A DNA stretch of 64,000 nt, taken from the NCBI GenBank assembly GCA_965113315.1, contig OZ220371.1; one strand, written 5' to 3'. The notes below the pieces were generated by a model. It was given only the letters and a program-made list of their open reading frames with translations, ran no database searches and was not told the DNA's origin. Position numbers and translations under genes: made by a program. This document shows positions 60,551-64,000 of the stretch, piece by piece. Origin of the DNA: Podarcis vaucheri (lineage: Eukaryota). Position 1 is the first letter of the stretch, and the number at the start of each line of letters is the position of its first letter.

Positions 60551-63500
60551 AAGAGCTTTTTTATTCTTCAAAAGGATTGCTATTTTAAAAAAATAAGTTT
60601 TTATTAAAGATTTTCTCAGGTTACAAAAGTGCATATATGTTGACAGGTTGCTTATGCTGTTCATTGTGTCATCCAAACATACAATGTCTTCTGCATGCAT
60701 GTCAGTCTCACTGCATGGTTATTCTTGTGACCATCCATTACATTGCTCCTGCTACTGAAACATCTGCAATTTTGTCTATTCAATGCATAAACCATGCAAT
60801 CCTGGTCCTGAAACCATGCACTAGTGGAGGCCAAAAAAAGTGCATATTTTGTGTAATACACCTACTCTAATTATGGTGATATATTTGAATTTGTCCGGGT
60901 GCTCCCATGATATCTTCAGACTTTGGGCTCCCACCAGCTTGCAGAATCCCCTTGCTAGCTGGCTCTCAACTTATATACCTGATTGTTGTGAGGGTAAGTT
61001 GAAGAGGGGGAGAACCCTGAACTCCTTGGGAGGAATGCTAAAGGCTAACACAAATGAGTACATAGCAGAAAATTAGTAGGCGAGCCCTTACCCCCAACTG
61101 AGGTGGCAAATCCTCTATACATAACCTCACTGAATATTATTATTAATTGCAATGGGATACACTTCTGAGTAAACATGCATAGGATTGGGCACAGATAGGG
61201 AAGCTTCAAAAGCAGTGAAGTTGTGGGAGGAGGGGGAAGGAAAGATGACAAAAGAAGCAAAACCCAGTAATTTCTGGGGACACCAGCGGCATAGCTAGCT
61301 GCTAGGGAGCAAGGCAAGCCACCTGTGGGGCAGGGCGCGCTACTGAAATCAAAGTGCCTGAGCATAGCACAGCAGCTTGAGCAGCAGGGCCAGCCCCATG
61401 CTGCTTTTTCTGGCCATACAGTACTTGCAGGTGTCCAAGCTAGTGCATCACTCCCAGGGGAGACACCATGGCTCAGATGTGCTACAGGGCCAGCACCTCC
61501 CAGTTGCGTCCTTCTTAGCCGCCCTCAGCAGTTGAGTGCCCTGCAAGCACAGCCCCAGGCTGCACTGCTTTGGGGAGTGGCACACTGTGCTCTGGGGCGT
61601 CCTGGACTTGGGCGTCACTTTGGGCTCCGGCATGTTGCCCCCAACGTAAATGCCACCCGATGCACACATCCCCAGCTACACGACTGGGTGACACCAAATC
61701 ATAAACCCATATCCCCATATCCTAAACACATCATATTTCCTCCCTCCTTACCACTCAGGACAGTCCATCCCAGTTTTTCTACCTGCTGTTTCCAATCCTT
61801 TCCAACTCATGCCACTAGCAGGAGTGCTGCTTTTACAAGAAATTAGTTCTTTATAACAAAGGCCAAATTACCCTTCTTTAAAAATGGTTAACGATTCCAT
61901 ACTTCCAGATTTTGTATTTGTGATGCCTCATCGACGTTTTATGCAATATTAAGGCCCTATCTGGAAACACCATAACACTCCCCATGATGCTACACCCCTA
62001 CATTTACTACAGACAAACCAAAAATTTGCATGACTGAAGAAATATTTGAAAGGCGAAAGGCATAGAAATAGAACGTAAATAATCTGTGTTAAGGACAAGA
62101 ATGAAACAGTTGGGATGTGTTGGGGAAGCTAAGCACTATAAGAAGCGAGGAAATAGAAAGGATTCCAGACTGCTTTTTCAAACGGTTGTTGTGGAAAATC
62201 TTAAAAATCAATATCTTAACACCATCCCTTCTGAGTTCTCAACAGTATCTAACCCTCAGACAGAATAGAGGGGTTGCTTTTTGAGGTGACTTCTATTTGC
62301 TCCTTCAAGAGCCTGTCTTGTCAAGCCACTGTTCATATTTTCAGCAGGCTTTTTGACTGGATGCAGGCCCTCATCTCTTAGGCCTCCTCAGCTGAGGAAA
62401 TTGCACAGGTTCTGTAAATGGATGTTAGTTCAGGCCTGTGAGACAAAATATGGGAAACGGCTGGGGTAGGCATCCAAATCACTGGGATTTTTAATTTGGA
62501 GGAGGCATATTTTCTAAAGAGTCCCCCCCCCCCAATGCCTAACCAAGTGCCTCAGTTCCTGACTGCTTTTTTCCTTTCTATGAGGCAGCTCGTCTATAAT
62601 TATGATTTCTGTTGTTAATCAGTTTTGCCATTATTGTTTTCTAAACCCACTGAGAAGCCTATTTTTGGACTAAGAAGGCAGCGTACAACTTTGTTCTGAC
62701 AATAGAATTGTGGTGTGTGTTTGTAAATAATAGTCAAAAATTGAAACACCCCCCATGAGGCAATGCAGTTGCACTTGTGAAATAATTGTTCAAACAAACA
62801 GTTGCACTGAAGACCTGCTGTACGTATTTGGGCACGCTGCCGTTGTGCTCTTTTCTTCAAACTGAATTTGGGCCTTGATCCTACAATTTGAACATCGCAA
62901 AGGGTATTCACAGAGTTTGGTAGTACCTTGCACAGAATTTCTGCCATGACAGACTTTTGAACAAAATAGGGTGGGAAGAGGAGAGAGAAGTGACTTTCGG
63001 GGCTTACATGGACAACAATAACTTTTATTACCTCCTTGTTTGTACTTGAAGTCTCTCAAAATTATAACAAGTTGGCTAAACAAAAATGACGTGACCCTTA
63101 ACAAGAGAAACATTTGAGAAGGTTTTAAGAGAATTTAAAAGATGGCTGTGGTTACGTAAATTGTTTGTGTTAGAGAACACCAAAATAAAGTTCTGTAATA
63201 GTAGCTTGTTGACTTAATACGCATTTCAAAATGATACTTTCATTTCATTTTCTTATAGAAAGTAGCATCAAAAGGAGAGTACGGCAAGTGAGCACTGAGG
63301 CATAATTTAATGCAAATCAATCAAGTATAGTTTTCTGTTTTATTCATGCTGTCAAAATATTATACATAAATTTTGTCATGTGCCAGGTGACCTACAGTTA
63401 GTTATTAGCTTGCTCATTCTTAGATTAAAAATAGGTGGATTTGACATCTAATGTACAGTAGAACCTAATAGTTCTCTTTCACCAGATGTTTTCCTTTTAC

Positions 63501-64000
63501 TTCTTAACAGCACAGTCCACTATTTCCAAAATTCTCCCATTCAAAATCCTCTTTAATTTTCAATCCATGTATCTCCGAATTTGAACATTTTAAAACAGGA
63601 ATTTCAAGGCTGATCATCTGGCTTAAGGTATTTCCCCACAGCTGTCTTCATAGCAAACATCCCATTATGTCATAGAAAGGCAGAACATATTTCCTTGAGA
63701 ACATTGACAAATGAATCTTAGTTGCTGTCCCCTTAAAACAGGCATACTCAAACCAATGTATCCAGTCACTGAATTTTAAAAGTTCACCACTATATGGATA
63801 AATCTGCTTTTTCCTGATATTATTCCATCCTGTTCTCATCAATATTTTCCAGTGTTCCAAACTTCAGTTTTAGCTCCACAAACTTCCAGCTTTCCTCAGT
63901 TCTGTAATCATTTTATTTCTTTAATCCAAAGGGGATAGGTATCGAAACCTTACAGGCAAATTACAACGTATGTCTCAAACTTTGGGATTGTTGAAATATA

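Noticed and set aside
63450-64000. Possible ancient L1 ORF2 fragment on the minus strand (WIHWFEY)
   Set aside because: The resemblance is faint and the region runs off the window edge.

Overview
Vertebrate genomic DNA, most likely from a lacertid lizard (inferred from Sauria SINEs with ACCTTT tails, RTE-BovB and squamate-type L2/CR1). I reconstructed two intact, convergently transcribed multi-exon genes by hand from GT-AG splice sites: RPL7L1 (+ strand, 6 coding exons, 37920-41978, 247 aa) and MAD2L1 (- strand, 5 coding exons, 50462-44872, 205 aa). Each has a CpG-rich promoter. The rest is non-coding and transposon-rich: L2, RTE, BovB, an RTE-X-like LINE, CR1 remnants, Sauria SINEs, five solo-LTR-like elements, Tigger-type and hAT MITEs, and a pogo-type transposase fossil. 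The most unusual signals are: (1) hAT MITEs with 8-bp TSDs that carry apparently captured cargo, including CpG-island promoter/5'UTR-like DNA in the putative RPL7L1 3'UTR and a BovB fragment (Pack-hAT-like); (2) a TSD-flanked 1.2-kb ORF-less element with an L1-type YY1 5' end; (3) a BovB insertion flanked by a 79-bp duplication. Most short ORFs in the track are spurious. No rRNA, tRNA genes or CRISPR arrays were seen. Repeat family names come from recalled family hallmarks, not database searches.
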